In this document: positions 1 through 12,544 of the stretch, piece by piece
How positions within the stretch are numbered: the first letter of the stretch is position 1
Layout: the number at the start of each line of letters is the position of its first letter
Assembly (NCBI GenBank): GCA_051362555.1
Contig: CM120641.1
Span: 1,488,001 to 1,552,000 of the forward strand
Direction: 5' to 3'
Length of the DNA: 64,000 bases
Source of the DNA: Lingula anatina
Taxonomy: Eukaryota > Animalia > Brachiopoda
Program-made: the position numbers and the translations under genes
Notes under the pieces: model-generated
The model's input: the letters and a program-made list of their open reading frames with translations, nothing else
Database searches by the model: none
Told to the model about the DNA's origin: nothing

Positions 1-1022
1 GATCATTTCTACATCTTTCCTTAAAATTAACTTTATGAAGATTATATTGGAAATATTTGAAAGTTTGATGGTGAACTATTGGGTGAAAAAACTAAAAAAA
101 AAACATGAAAAATTAGAAAATTAAAAATGTTTATTTTATCACCCAATAACTCCCCTATGAAAAAGCTATCTATTTAATATTTGATGATCATTTCAACACC
201 TTTCCTTAACTTTTACTTTATGAAGATAATATTGGAAATATTTGAAAGTTTGACGATAAAATATTGGGTGAAAAAAACAAACAAACAAAAAAAAACATGA
301 AAAATAAGAAAATTAAAAATGTGCATTTTATCACCCAAAACTCCCCTTTGAAAAAGCTATCTATTTAATATTTGATGATCATTTCAACACCTTTCCTTTT
401 AGGGTACTTTATGTGAAATATATTGGAAATATTTAAAAGTTTGATGATAAAATAGTGAGTGAAAGAATGAAAAAGAAATCATGAAAATCTTCATTTTTAT
501 ACCCATGAAATTTGGACTCCCATGAAGAAAAGGACCTATTTTATATTCAGTCACCATACCATTGTTTTCCACATAGTTTGCACAAAGATGTACATTTTTT
601 TATTATTTGAAAGTTTGGTGATGAAAATTTTGGTGAATATTTTTAAAACAATTATTTATCTTACTACCTGTAGGTTTTGCACTTCCATGTCAAAACGCTA
701 CATTTTTAACTGAAGAAATTGGCCCCATCGCCTTTTTACTGAATTCTTCTTATATAGCATACCCAGTAATTTACCATTCAAACTTTCAAATATTTCCAAT
801 ATATTCTTCATAAAGGATCCTTAAAGGAAAGATGTCAGAATGATCATCAAATATCAAATAGATAGCTTTTTCATAGGGGAGTCATTGGGTGTTAGAATAA
901 TAAATCCTTAATTTTTTCTTATTTTTTAATGTGTTTTTTTCCACCCAATTTTTTACCATCAAACTTTCAAGTACTTCCAATATAATCTTCATAAAGTAAC
1001 CTAAAAGGAAAGATGTTGAAAT
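1..1022. repeat. AT-rich ~180 bp tandem repeats with an inverted copy (foldback-like element, truncated by the window edge)
   Basis: The unit containing aaaagctatctatttaatatttgatgatcatttcaacacctttcc recurs near 160 and 350. Its reverse complement appears at ~780-1022 (tgatcatcaaatatcaaatagatagcttttt). Confidence 0.6.
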
Positions 1023-1199
1023 GCCCACCTGCAAACTAACAAAAAGTGCCAATGTGTCCTCCATTATGCATACTGCAAGATCATAGTCATTTACTCAAAT
1101 TAAGTGAGATTTATGAACGTTTTTTTTTTTTTTTTGGGGGGGGGGGGGGGGGAGTCAAAATTTCATTGGGGGAGTCAGATTTTCATGGTACACCGGTCC

Positions 1200-1824
1200 C
1201 TTGATAATTTTACACATGGGAGCATGTGTATATAAGATATGTGATGCATTGTTGGGTTTTACATTTGTGTGGAGCTTAGATCAAACAATGTCTAGAAATG
1301 TATTTGAGGCAATTGGCAACATGCTGCCAGATAGGGGGAACAACAGTGACCTGTCAGATAATTCCTCTGGGAGTGATTATGTGCCATCAGATAGCTCATC
1401 AGAGTGTGATCCCGAATCATTCAGTGAAGTTAATTATCTTATGTTATGAAGTTATATTACATCAAATATCTTTGCTATCAAATGCTTTACACAAGCAATA
1501 TCATGTGTGCTATGACTATCAGTATGGTCAATGAAATCTGCCTGTGAAAGATTCAAGACCTGGAGAAATTATTATTTATGAGTAATCGGTCACCTTGGTC
1601 ACCTGTTATGGAGATATCAGTTTAAATCTATCATTATAACATACTTGATAGACTGTGCTAGCTTTGCGAAACTTTCCATTTTGAGAAATAAAATGATTTT
1701 TCTGCATGTTCCATACACTGTGTATACTCACCCAGGTGGAGGTAAAGCGAGCAAGGGACCGGGCCTCCGAGGCCCGGTTTCAGGGTTTACGTAGGGTTCC
1801 ATTTCCTTGTGGATGAGGGTTAAA
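1200..1824 (+). mobile_element. Possible decayed piggyBac-like fragment
   Basis: Acidic Ser/Asp-rich ORF (SDLSDNSSGSDYVPSDSSSE) resembling transposase N-termini, a hairpin accgggcctc-c-gaggcccggt near 1760, and an end reading ...AGGG|TTAA near 1820. No matching left end was found. Confidence 0.3.
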
Positions 1825-2206
1825 AGGATAACGAGATCTATATTTCATAATCTATAATAAAATCAATGAATATACTGCTCATGGATAAGCCCCATATAAG
1901 TAAGACAAATATAGGAAAAATAGAAAATGGTTTTATTGATATCTGATATCATTTCACATTATTGTTCACATTCTCTCTCATGCACACTACATTTATTCTT
2001 TTTTGGCTCTAACGAGCTCATTTGAAACTGTATTTACTCAAGTTTCTTCACTTGCACATTGATTTAAAAACCGAGATTGCAATGCGAAGCCTTTGCGATT
2101 TGAGTTTGTAAGCTTTGCTTGTAACAAACATATATGCTTCAAAAGCTCGGTAGTCTATGACAAGTTTTAATGAAACAAGATGGCAGCAAAGTGTCCACTG
2201 TGCGTC

Positions 2207-5000
2207 TCAACCAAAACTTTTGAGCCTCGTGTCCTCCTCTGGAGGAACGACACACTTCCCACAATCCCCATGGGCATTAAGATCCCGACAGATGAGGAGA
2301 GCTGTGGTGGCCATGTCATCCTGGTTCCGACTGGTGGCGCCACCGTAGCTGGAAGGTTGAGACGGTCCCTGTTCTGTGGTGCCGAGCGGGATCCCGGCAT
2401 CGAAGCTTTTATCTACAATACACAGCGGGTCCATGGCTGGCTCTATAGCAGGTTCAGGCACGAACACGGCTAGTTCACAGGCTTCAGTCTCTCGTTGCAT
2501 ACCTATAAAATAGCAGTGCCTTTTATTATTTCATCATGAAAAAACAGTTGTTTTCCAAGAATCCCCTCGATTCAAGTTTTTTATTATTTATTAAAGTGTC
2601 GCATATTCTTGAAACGTAAAATGCATAAAAACCAGTATAAAATATTTTATTTTTAAAAATAAATTTAATAAATTTTACTTACAAAGAAATTATTTAACCT
2701 ATACATTGTCACTAAGGGATAGAGAAAGAAAAAGACGGAGAGACAATAAAGATAAAACACTCACTCCTCTTTCGATATCTCTTGCGCAGTCTACAAATCA
2801 GAACCGCGATGGCTACGCTGACGAGAGCAAAAACCACAGCCAAGGCGACCACGCCAACCACTGTGAATGTAACTCCACGGATGACCGGTAGAGGGCGATC
2901 TGTCTCTCGAGGAAGGATGGGTGTGGTCGAGGCAGGAAGGTCGAGGTCGGAAGGTCCAGGTGAATATTTGCTAGGCCCGGTCTCTGGCGCTCGTGTACTT
3001 AGTCGCAGGGCATTGTACGCTGAAAATGCATAAATGAATAGACATTCAATTAATATCCTAAAGAAGACAAGGCCCTTGTTTCACAGAAAAATAGTCAGTT
3101 CCCTGGCTTAGTTGACTAGGATATCGATGAGAATGGTGTAACGCTGTTCCTGATAGGGTAAGATGTGATTAAGTTCTACAGTCACAAAATTTGTCATTTA
3201 TTTGGGATAATCTGCGACATGTGACATCTAATTTTTGAAATAATTATTCCCGTACTATTAAACAGCATAATTTAATAAAACTATCTGCAATACGGTTGCC
3301 TGTCAGGAGTTTAAGTACCGAGATTTGACCTTCACATGTACGCTAACGATACTCGGCTGTACTGCCTGTAACATCAATAAATTCCCTGAAATTTCCTTAA
3401 CGAAAAAGAAAGTCGAATTTTCAATCTTACGGCATGTTTAGTAAAGAACAAATTAATGATAAAACAGACTATTAAGGCTTTCTGTCTGTGGTCAATAAAA
3501 TTCCCCAAAATTTTAAGTTATACATATCATTCATATCAGAAATTTGACTATCCAAGTGGTTTCTCTACAGCTACCATTCTAAATGCCCCATATTACACCT
3601 CGACTAGATAACTGCTGCCCTTTAACAGGACCACGGAAAATATGTGTAGACCTACTCTTCTCCATCGCGAGTAGAAAACAAAACGACCTTCTATTTATCT
3701 AAAGACATGTAGGCCTATGTGAATATCTAGTGAAAAAGCAATGTCGCCCTGGTAGAGGGTAGATAACTGCAATTTTCTTGTTCATGGATGTTCACGAGAA
3801 TTATTAAAACGTCTGCAACATATTCAAAATTTCTCTGCTCAAGTTCTTACTCGCACACCTGGCGACAGTCACGTTTTCCCTATCCTCAAACAACTTCACG
3901 GGCTACCTTTGAAAGCACGGCTTCTTTTTAACTTTTAGTAAGATAAAACGCTCACGCCGCTTTTTACAACTTGGCCCTACCATATTTATATGAGCTGCAT
4001 GAAGCATAAACTCACGACCCCCCCCCCTACCTCCGTCTCATCATTTACTGTAAACACCGTGTAAAGCTAGACTTGCTATATAGTGACAATTCTTTTAAAG
4101 TCGCTGCTCATAGGAAATGAAATTTACTTCCACTGTTAATTTGTAGGACAGACTATCCGGCTACTTGAAAAGAGAGTCCAGACCTACCTTTAAAAATATT
4201 TCATGAGTAGAAATTCTATAAACGACCTTTAAAGCGAGTGATGAGGTGCATTTTAAATTTCTGAATTATTTGTATCAATCAATTTTCCTGCTTTAATTAT
4301 TTTTCTTTTCTTTTACTAGCCTTTTTTATTATCTATTCATATTCCACTGTTTTTAAAGTCTTCTCAAAATAAATATTATTATTATTATCCTATTGTTATT
4401 AATTTAAACGATTTAATAAAACCGAGAATTTTCACTTCTTTCAAATAAATAACGATACACATCCTCATAAGCAAATAAACTACTTTGAGGTTAATTTTAC
4501 TGTTCTGGGGACCGTTTCGAGAAGCTTTCTTTAGTTAATTAGCATCGCAGATTTCTGTTGAGAAATATCACTGGATAATGTAATCTTTTCCTTTGATTTC
4601 AATTTTTTATCGAAGGAAATAAAAATGGACGACTAGAAAGTGGGGCATATACAATACACGATCATATAAAATCCTACACTGAGAGGGGGTTTTTTTCTGG
4701 TGTCATCTACGGCATAATACAGTAGACAGAAAGGCTAGATAACTCTTCTACGGGGCAATCGTGATTTGTCACCTCCCTATCACTGCTCATGCTCGCACTG
4801 CGTCCATAGGCGCGTGAGCAGTTAGACCCAGCGGAAGCTATCAGAGCGGTACATCGTCACCTACCTCTACAGTGTTGCATACAATCAAACTGCATCAGCT
4901 GGTTGTCCGTGGCACCACAAGGTAAACTACAGTCCACACATCGTAAAACACCCGGTTCACAATACTGGAAAACTGGAAGACAGCCACTACAGGGTGACAT
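2207..5000 (-). CDS. Single-CRD TNF receptor-like protein A (Grindelwald-like), 3 coding exons
   Basis: Exons ~5000-4865 (MSPCSGCLPVFQYCEPGVLRCVDCSLPCGATDNQLMQFDCMQHCR), 3019-2765 (Pro/Ser/Thr stalk, TM VTFTVVGVVALAVVFALVSVAIAVLIC, basic RLRKRYRKR) and 2502-2207 (tail with IPLGTTEQG and PPEED). GT-AG phase-1 introns join in frame. The 5' end is uncertain because no signal peptide was found. Confidence 0.8.
3800..4200 (+). mobile_element. L2/CR1-group LINE 3' fragment in an intron of receptor A
   Basis: Translates as KRLQHIQNFSAQVLTRTPGDSHVFPILKQLHGLPLKAR, matching the L2 ORF2 C-terminal LQxxQNxAARxxT...HITPxLxxLHWLP pattern. Degenerate. Confidence 0.7.
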
Positions 5001-6902
5001 GGTCGTTATTCTGACGCTGGCGTGGTAAGCGCGGCACACGTGAAAGGACGGCGTGTCCGGGCACGTTAAGAAGTCGACGCCTTTTTCACTCCCGTTGAAA
5101 TATCGGTGGAATGTTGTCGTGAATAGTATAAGGCAGTTAATATCTAGACATTCTTCATCCTTTTTTTTAATTTATGTTAGTCAACTTCTCGCAGCGTTAC
5201 TTCTGATATTTTTAATGAATCCCCCCCCTCCCCCGCGCGGGATAACGTAAATGTTTCGTCTCCATTGCTTTACAATCAGTTACAGTGGACTTATCTTGCA
5301 CAAGTGGATACTTATTAGATATAAACTTTTAAAATGAATTTTAATCGCTTTAAATGTCCAATTTTAACGTCGCTTATACCATGTAGGATATTCATAAAAA
5401 AATTGATTAAATTTGAATATCGTTCGATCTGACGTAGGCCCTACATATGAGCCCTTATGAAAATCTCTCGCTGCTATGACCTTCCTTGTGTGTTATCCAC
5501 TTTGGTGCTTAGAAAAGCAACAGAAGTTATTTGAACAGGAGATTCGCAAATTTTAATCAATAAACCTTGGCATCCATCTCTGCTATTTTAACCTAGCAAT
5601 TAAAGCATCAACTTATGACTAACTTCCCGCGACAAATAAATTGATATAGACCTACAACTTTTGTTCAATTTTATTTGAAGATAAGAAGGATTATAATATC
5701 AACTAATTTGTAAGCGCATTTAAAACGGAAATGGCTTAAATTATATTCGATATGCTCATTCTTCGAGTCGATCCCGTAGTGTACATGATAAGGAACTATA
5801 ACCTGCTATGGGACGATATGGTGGATGTTTATGAATGAGGACTAATTAAGACTCGAATCAAATCTATGAACAGTAAGTACAAAACCATTTGCAAAATATT
5901 TTAAATGGTTATTTAAACAGTTATTTTTTAAGTAATTAGTTATTATTGTTGCGTGACAGCCTAAAGGCTCTTTTCGGAATACAGCTGCCAATAAAAAAAA
6001 CAATTAAGACACTTGCTTTCTTGGTATTCATCAATAAATTATCATTATCAGATAATATTTGTTATTACATTATTACCATTCATTGCCATTCATACAAAGT
6101 AAAAGCATATAACACTGGCTGGCGAATCACAGTTGGCCCGAAACACGCTTTCATTTTACCATTGTACCAGTAAGTCCACGCTGATTCTATGGGTTTACCT
6201 TTGGAGGGGTATATCTAACTGACAAATTCTTAGCACACATAGAGACAAACATAGGCCCCTACCCTGCATAAATATTTGATATGTTTGAGTTACATGCATC
6301 TAGCAATTTAGATAATTTATAGATAGGGGTATTTTACATGTACATGAGATTTTATATGTTATGCCTAAAGGGTCATCCATTTTTTGTCATTTTCACAGGT
6401 CTACAAACCGTACGCTGGGGGAGGGGGGGGGGGTTAATATCCACATTTGAAATAATAAAATTGATGATCCAAATTGCTGTGAAAGCTCATCATTTTTAGC
6501 TTTTTACCTTCATTGTACCTTCTGTGTGTGTGTGTGGGGGGGGGGGGGGGGGGACTGGATATAAGTCTACATAGACTTGTGAAAATGAACCAAATGAATG
6601 GCCCATAATAGGACAGCTTGACAAAAAACATGCGAATAAAAATATACACTGCCATTAAATACCACCGCAACACAGACAACATGAAATAAAAACATTTCAC
6701 AAAGTTTTTGTTCGTGAATAGCTTTGCTTGAAAAAATGAAGACACAACAAAAGCTTATATTCAGCTTTCTATGGATCAAAGTATGATTTTCAAGCTGACG
6801 AAGCTATGACAAGACAAAATGGTTATGGAATGTTGCTTAGCATTCTGAAGCCGCCCCTATCACAGCCGGGCCCTCCCCTTTTGTAACCTGGATTCATCAT
6901 TG

Positions 6903-8358
6903 TCACTCATTCTGTTCTGTGACTGGCATCATGGGCGTGGTCTGCTCTGTGTCTGACACCAGGGGCGTGGTCTGCTCTTTGACTGGCATCATGGGCGTGG
7001 TCTGCTCTGTGACTGGAATCATTGGTGTGGTCATCTCGTGAGATTGAGGGACTTGATGGTCAGTTGGGACTGCTACGATATGAGGACGACACTGCTGATG
7101 GCCGCGTCTGTGACACCTGGGACCACACACTAAGAAAGACAGGGTAGAAGTGAAGTCCTTGTTGAAGGGTGGTATTAAAATATAAAAAAAAGGGAATCGA
7201 AGAATATTTGCAGAGAGAGAGTTAGGGGAGTAAAAAAAGCTAAACATTTTTAAAAACGAAGTTCAACACATTGTAATTTATATTGTAGTATAGAGAATAC
7301 CTCTTTACTCACCGTTTGCTTTTTTTCTCCGCAAATAGATGATCACGGCTACAGCTGTAAGTGCAAGCGCAAGTCCCCCGAAAAACCCTGCCGAGAAAAT
7401 CAGCCCGTGAGTCAACACTTCGTCCCAACTACATGCTTTGAACTGTGGAATTGTGATATTTTGGCCAGAGGCGGCTGGCGCCTCAGACACCGCCTCCGCC
7501 TGGGTCGAGGGAACATCGGTGGGCCTTGATGGAGTTGAAATCTCTGGGTCACAGAGGGAAGGGCAGTGATGGGTGATGCAGGCGGTGACAAAAACTGTAA
7601 GATAACATAATAGTGCGACGTAATGGTGTTATAAAACACCATTCAATAAATAGAAACGCACGCTACGTACACAAAAAGAAAAAATATATATATCACCTGT
7701 ATGACATTTACATTAAATAAACAGTGGTGAATAGGCATGGTATTGAGCCCGGTGCTTATGGTAAAAAAATGAGCTATTACAGGGGCGGATCCAGGATCAT
7801 TTGAAAGGGGGGGGCGGGTCCGTGGATGCGAAGCCAATCCTCTCTCTCCCCCCCCCCCTCTTTGACGTGGGTTTCGGGGCCCGCTTAACGGTCCCAATTT
7901 TTTTTTTTTTTTTTTTTGGTATTAAGAGAGCGAACGAAGCCATTTGGTACAGATTAAAACTATGATTCGGCTAATCAAAATTCTAACGTTAAGCGGGGAC
8001 CATGGCTGTGATTTTTTTCAGAAATCGAAGGGGGGGGGGGGGGTCGGGACCCCCCTGAACCCCCTCCCCTAAATCCGCCGCTGTACATAAATGATGATAG
8101 GCGTTAAGTGTTAATGCTTCCTTGGGATTTACCTTTACAGGCCTTGATTATGCTGACGTTTGCGTTACTGGCGTAGTCGTACTCGGTCTTACAACTGGCA
8201 CATCGGCCAATTCCCTTGTCATAATACTCCAGGATTGGCTGACAATTTTCTTTTGATACCGGCTGACGAGGAATAGCGTTGAGACCGCTAACTTCAGTAA
8301 ACATTAAACAAACTAAAAATGACCAAAATATAGAATAAATCGGCTTCATGTCCGACAT
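6903..8358 (-). CDS. Single-CRD TNF receptor-like protein B (signal peptide, CRD, TM, repeat tail), 3 coding exons
   Basis: Exons 8358-8133 (signal peptide MSDMKPIYSIFWSFLVCLMFTEVSG; CQPILEYYDKGIGRCASC), 7594-7313 (CITHHCPSLC, stalk, TM GLIFSAGFFGGLALALTAVAVIIYL, RRKK) and 7129-6903 (tail ending in 4x TTPxxxxxEQ). Phase-1 GT-AG introns join in frame. An acceptor at ~8406 implies a 5' UTR exon. Confidence 0.85.
6912..7031 (-). repeat. Coding minisatellite, 4 x 30 bp (10 aa)
   Basis: TTPMIPVTEQ TTPMMPVKEQ TTPLVSDTEQ TTPMMPVTEQ. Confidence 0.9.
7780..8083. mobile_element. MITE-like element in an intron of receptor B
   Basis: Ends caggggcggat ... atccgccgctg form imperfect TIRs around G/C-run-rich internal sequence. 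Similar ends occur at 50919-51084. Confidence 0.55.
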
Positions 8359-9042
8359 TATGTCTAAAGTGCTTCTTCTTTCAATTTCCTTTCTTGTAAT
8401 GAGTTGCTGTAGCGCACAATAAGAAGAGCTCGTTTTGCGGACAAATAAAAATTCCCTTATTTTTATTTATTAAATAAAGTCCCCTTTGCTCTATTAACAG
8501 CACATTGACATGCACGCGCCCTACAACAGGTGTGTCCTTATGATAATCAGAGCTTAACAATACCAAATCCACCAATATAGCTCATGATGTCTCTGGGGAA
8601 TATTTTGAGTATTGCATTATAATAACCACTATGGCATACCTATTTAAAGCACTTATTGACACGTCGATTTAAAGAGCTTTTTGGATGTACGTAGGTTTTT
8701 CCTTGTTACGCTCTTACGGTGCGGTTTTTAAATAACACTTTAAAAAATGAAGTAAGCGTGTGTAATGTCACCTTTACAGTAGGTTAACACTAACTAAAAG
8801 ATCACAGGGTTTCAGTAAATGATATTAACTGATATGTATCGATTGACGGGATCAATATTGTATTAACCCCGATAACATTATCTGTGAGAGTTGCACTTCT
8901 GCGACATGTATGTTGTATTCAGCTTGGTAGAAAGAATTGGCCCTGTTACTGTTTCCGCACACCTGGAGGTTATGCATTGTATTGAGATTGTTCAGCGACT
9001 TGCAAATGTGTTATCAGTTTTTCATCCCAAAATGCATCCCGG

Positions 9043-12000
9043 TGTTATGTACCTTTACATATACATATGAGATGAATGTCCTAAACTTATATAATTTAGA
9101 ACGCTTAATTCAAGCGTGGGCTCGAAATAGGACATTACGTTTTAAACTTACTCGGTGGATAACGCAATTCAAAATTCCACGGTTCGTGTCATATTTACGT
9201 GAGGTCGCGCAAAGAAAACCCAAGTCCACATAATGACCAGTTTAATGGTTTATTGGTTGACGATCGCTAACTACATGTTCTATACGTGAAGCCTCCAACT
9301 TCTAAGCCGTCTCCCATAGCTCCGTCGAGCGGTTGCCTTCGAGTCTTCTTCAGTCTGCCCCCAATATTATTTCTAGACGTCTTTTATACGTATTTCTTAT
9401 CTATAGGTGGATTCTGTGCTGCAGTATTTGGCGGTACATACTAATTTTAATTATTCAAATTGCACACGTCCACTTAAGTTACACAACTACAGGTAAGGCC
9501 ATAAAACGAGTCGAGTGCACAAGCAATCGACTCTAATCAAATTAATTTACATGTCTGGCAATTATATTTGTGAACACTACACGCCTTCCCTTTTTACCAG
9601 AAAAAAAAAATACATTTTTTTTCATTTATCACGTTGGAGACATTCACTCTACATTATATTTACAACATATATACAAAGCGAAGCACGTTAATAGAAGAAC
9701 ACGTTACAGACAGGCCCGGAGGAAAACCAGAGATAAAACCCTTTAATTTATATCTTTCTTTATCAATTTAAGGAAAAATAGCTCTGGAAACCGGGCAAAT
9801 GAGCGCCTTATATTTTAAAGTCTTTAAAATTCATTTGAGTCTTTTAGTGTTTAGCCTTTCAATGGAATCATCGGCAAAACGGCGGGGTCCACCACTCTCG
9901 GCTGTAGAGTTACTTGGGTTCCAAGGCGCAGGACGGATCGGTCTAATGGATCAGCCTTGGATGCGCGGCGGGTCGGAGGCGATGACTCAGGCACGGCGAT
10001 GCAGGGACCATTCACTGTCACCTGAAACGAGACACAAGGGAAAATAAACTTTCTTCGTAAACAAAGTCAATCAGGGCTAATATGAAGAGGAAAAACACCA
10101 CCTATCATCCCAGACAACAGGAAAACCCACAGTTAGACCTAATCAAGCTACCAGCACCATCACGACCGTATCAAGCTTCCAGCGCCGTCTCGGCCTGTCT
10201 CATCAGCAACACCTGGCCATATGCTGCAGATAAAACTGTGTGAGCTACCAGTGCCGTCATGGTCTGTCTGCCAGCAATATCCGGCACATATTGCCAGCAA
10301 AACTCTGTATGTTTCCGAAGTCACAGAACACCCGTCGTATCGATCATCATGGCTGGTTACTCAAACAACAACAAGATATTAGCAAGACAAAATCTCTACC
10401 CAGTTCCCACAGAACACGGTTCTGCTACCTATCCCTTCGTGGGCAGGCATCAACATAAAAAATACCTGGTCTAAAATACCAGTCCCGACACTCCAACGTG
10501 GAGCATGGTACCCTTAAAGAAATTATCTGGTCTAACTTGCATTTATCCATCGGTGGACCTAAATTAACAAGCAGCCCTACGTCGCTAGGAACATACCAGA
10601 ATTTTTCGCTCCCATACGGAAGCAGGGAACCATTTTAAATAAATAATAAAACATCTGGTCTTACTTGCATTTATCCATCGGTGGACCTAAATTAACAAGC
10701 AGCCCTACGTCGCTAGGAATGTACCAGATCTTCTGCTCCTATTACTTAACAGCAGGATAACCTTAAAAAATAAATACTGGGTCTCTAACCTCACTTCGAG
10801 ATAAACTAACCTGTTTTCACCACGCCATATGAGCCTCCTTCCTTCATCACCCGTCACGACGTTTAATTGTCCTCTCGCATAATATAAAAGTCCAAAAGTA
10901 CACGTGTTTGTCTGTCTGTGTGTCCGTTTTTAATTACTGTCTGCCTACGCACGTGCCTTGCCTAAACCAGTTCGGTCCGGTTTATTTCGACACCCGTTTT
11001 TAATATTCCCATTATAGACCAAAGCTTTGATATTGCCTCTATATTCAAATTTGCCTAAGAACACGTTCCTTATCACCACGAATGCCGCTTCTTATCTATG
11101 TTACCAAATTCTGATGTAATCTCCAACTATTACATGTAATTCGATCGACGCAATTAGCAAACACTTGAAGTTCCTTATCTTACCGCTTGTCTCTGTCGGC
11201 CCTTGCACGACAGTTATAATTAGTAGCACAATAGCCTGTATACCTCTGAACGTTACAAATTTTAAAATCCGATCAAGACCATATCAACGTAAAACCCTTA
11301 TTTTACTATGAAGAAATTTCGTCAATCACCGAATCAATGCAACAATAACCCGAAAACATGTTAAAATACAACAACGACACCAAAAGACGATCTATACTAC
11401 CAACAACGCAAAACTTATCTTAATTTTTTTTTTTTTCGCGACGCAATCCTGAATATAACCTTTCTACGACTGCCACGTAACGAACAGCGCGTAGCTTTTC
11501 CCGAAAATTGCATTTTTCATGCACTAACGATCTCTTGCGTCTTAAAAAAAAAGTAAGCAATCTGCCTAAACCTTCCATGTACCGTAATTACGTGAAATTT
11601 TGCGACTTACATACAAAATCGACTTAAAAACTGGAGGAGCCGTTTATTCCTCTCTTACTATCATAACATTTTACTTAAAATCGGCAAGTCACCCCTACTT
11701 TGCACTGAATTTGGAAAGTTTTTAATTAATCCTAACATGAACATGCCCTGCCACGGCACGAAAAACCGTTAAAAACTAACAAAATTTTACACAAAATCCG
11801 AAATTAAAATACTTGTTACTGCAAGATATAAACAATAGTTCATACTTACCGGCCGGTAGGTGATACTGCCTGGCCGACCGATCTTCGCTGCGCGAAGACA
11901 TACCCTTTCTATACTTACCTCCCCGTCTGGCCATTTTGTGTCTAGTCAGGTCTTCCTTGTGCGCATTGGAACGTAAACTGGCGAAGCTCAGCCAAATATG

Positions 12001-12537
12001 TTATGTACCTTTACATATACATATGAGATGAATGTCCTAAACTTATATAATTTAGAACGCTTAATTCAAGCGTGGGCTCGAAATAGGACATTACGTTTTA
12101 AACTTACTCGGTGGATAACGCAATTCAAAATTCCACGGTTCGTGTCATATTTACGTGAGGTCGCGCAAAGAAAACCCAAGTCCACATAATGACCAGTTTA
12201 ATGGTTTATTGGTTGACGATCGCTAACTACATGTTCTATACGTGAAGCCTCCAACTTCTAAGCCGTCTCCCATAGCTCCGTCGAGCGGTTGCCTTCGAGT
12301 CTTCTTCAGTCTGCCCCCAATATTATTTCTAGACGTCTTTTATACGTATTTCTTATCTATAGGTGGATTCTGTGCTGCAGTATTTGGCGGTACATACTAA
12401 TTTTAATTATTCAAATTGCACACGTCCACTTAAGTTACACAACTACAGGTAAGGCCATAAAACGAGTCGAGTGCACAAGCAATCGACTCTAATCAAATTA
12501 ATTTACATGTCTGGCAATTATATTTGTGAACACTACA
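9043..12537 (-). mobile_element. Young non-autonomous LTR retrotransposon (Gypsy-like 4-bp TSD)
   Basis: 539-bp direct repeats at 9043-9581 and 11999-12537 look identical by eye and are bounded TG...CA. TSD CCGG on both sides. On the minus strand there is a polypurine tract beside the left LTR and a TGG-starting PBS-like site beside the right LTR. No gag/pol ORF in the 2.4 kb interior. Confidence 0.92.
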
Positions 12538-12544
12538 CCGGGCG

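Noticed and set aside
2157-3033. Plus-strand ORFs at 2157-2473 and 2706-3033 (likewise 47777-48142 and 60649-60846)
   Set aside because: They are antisense shadows of real minus-strand exons.
11842-11920. ATACTTACC motifs as U1 snRNA genes
   Set aside because: Only the first 9-10 nt match, with no U1 stem-loops or Sm site. They are better read as consensus donors on the opposite strand.
8937-12492. Duplicated ORFs 8937-9233/11998-12189 and 9333-9536/12289-12492 as duplicated genes
   Set aside because: They lie in the two LTRs and have no recognisable protein features.
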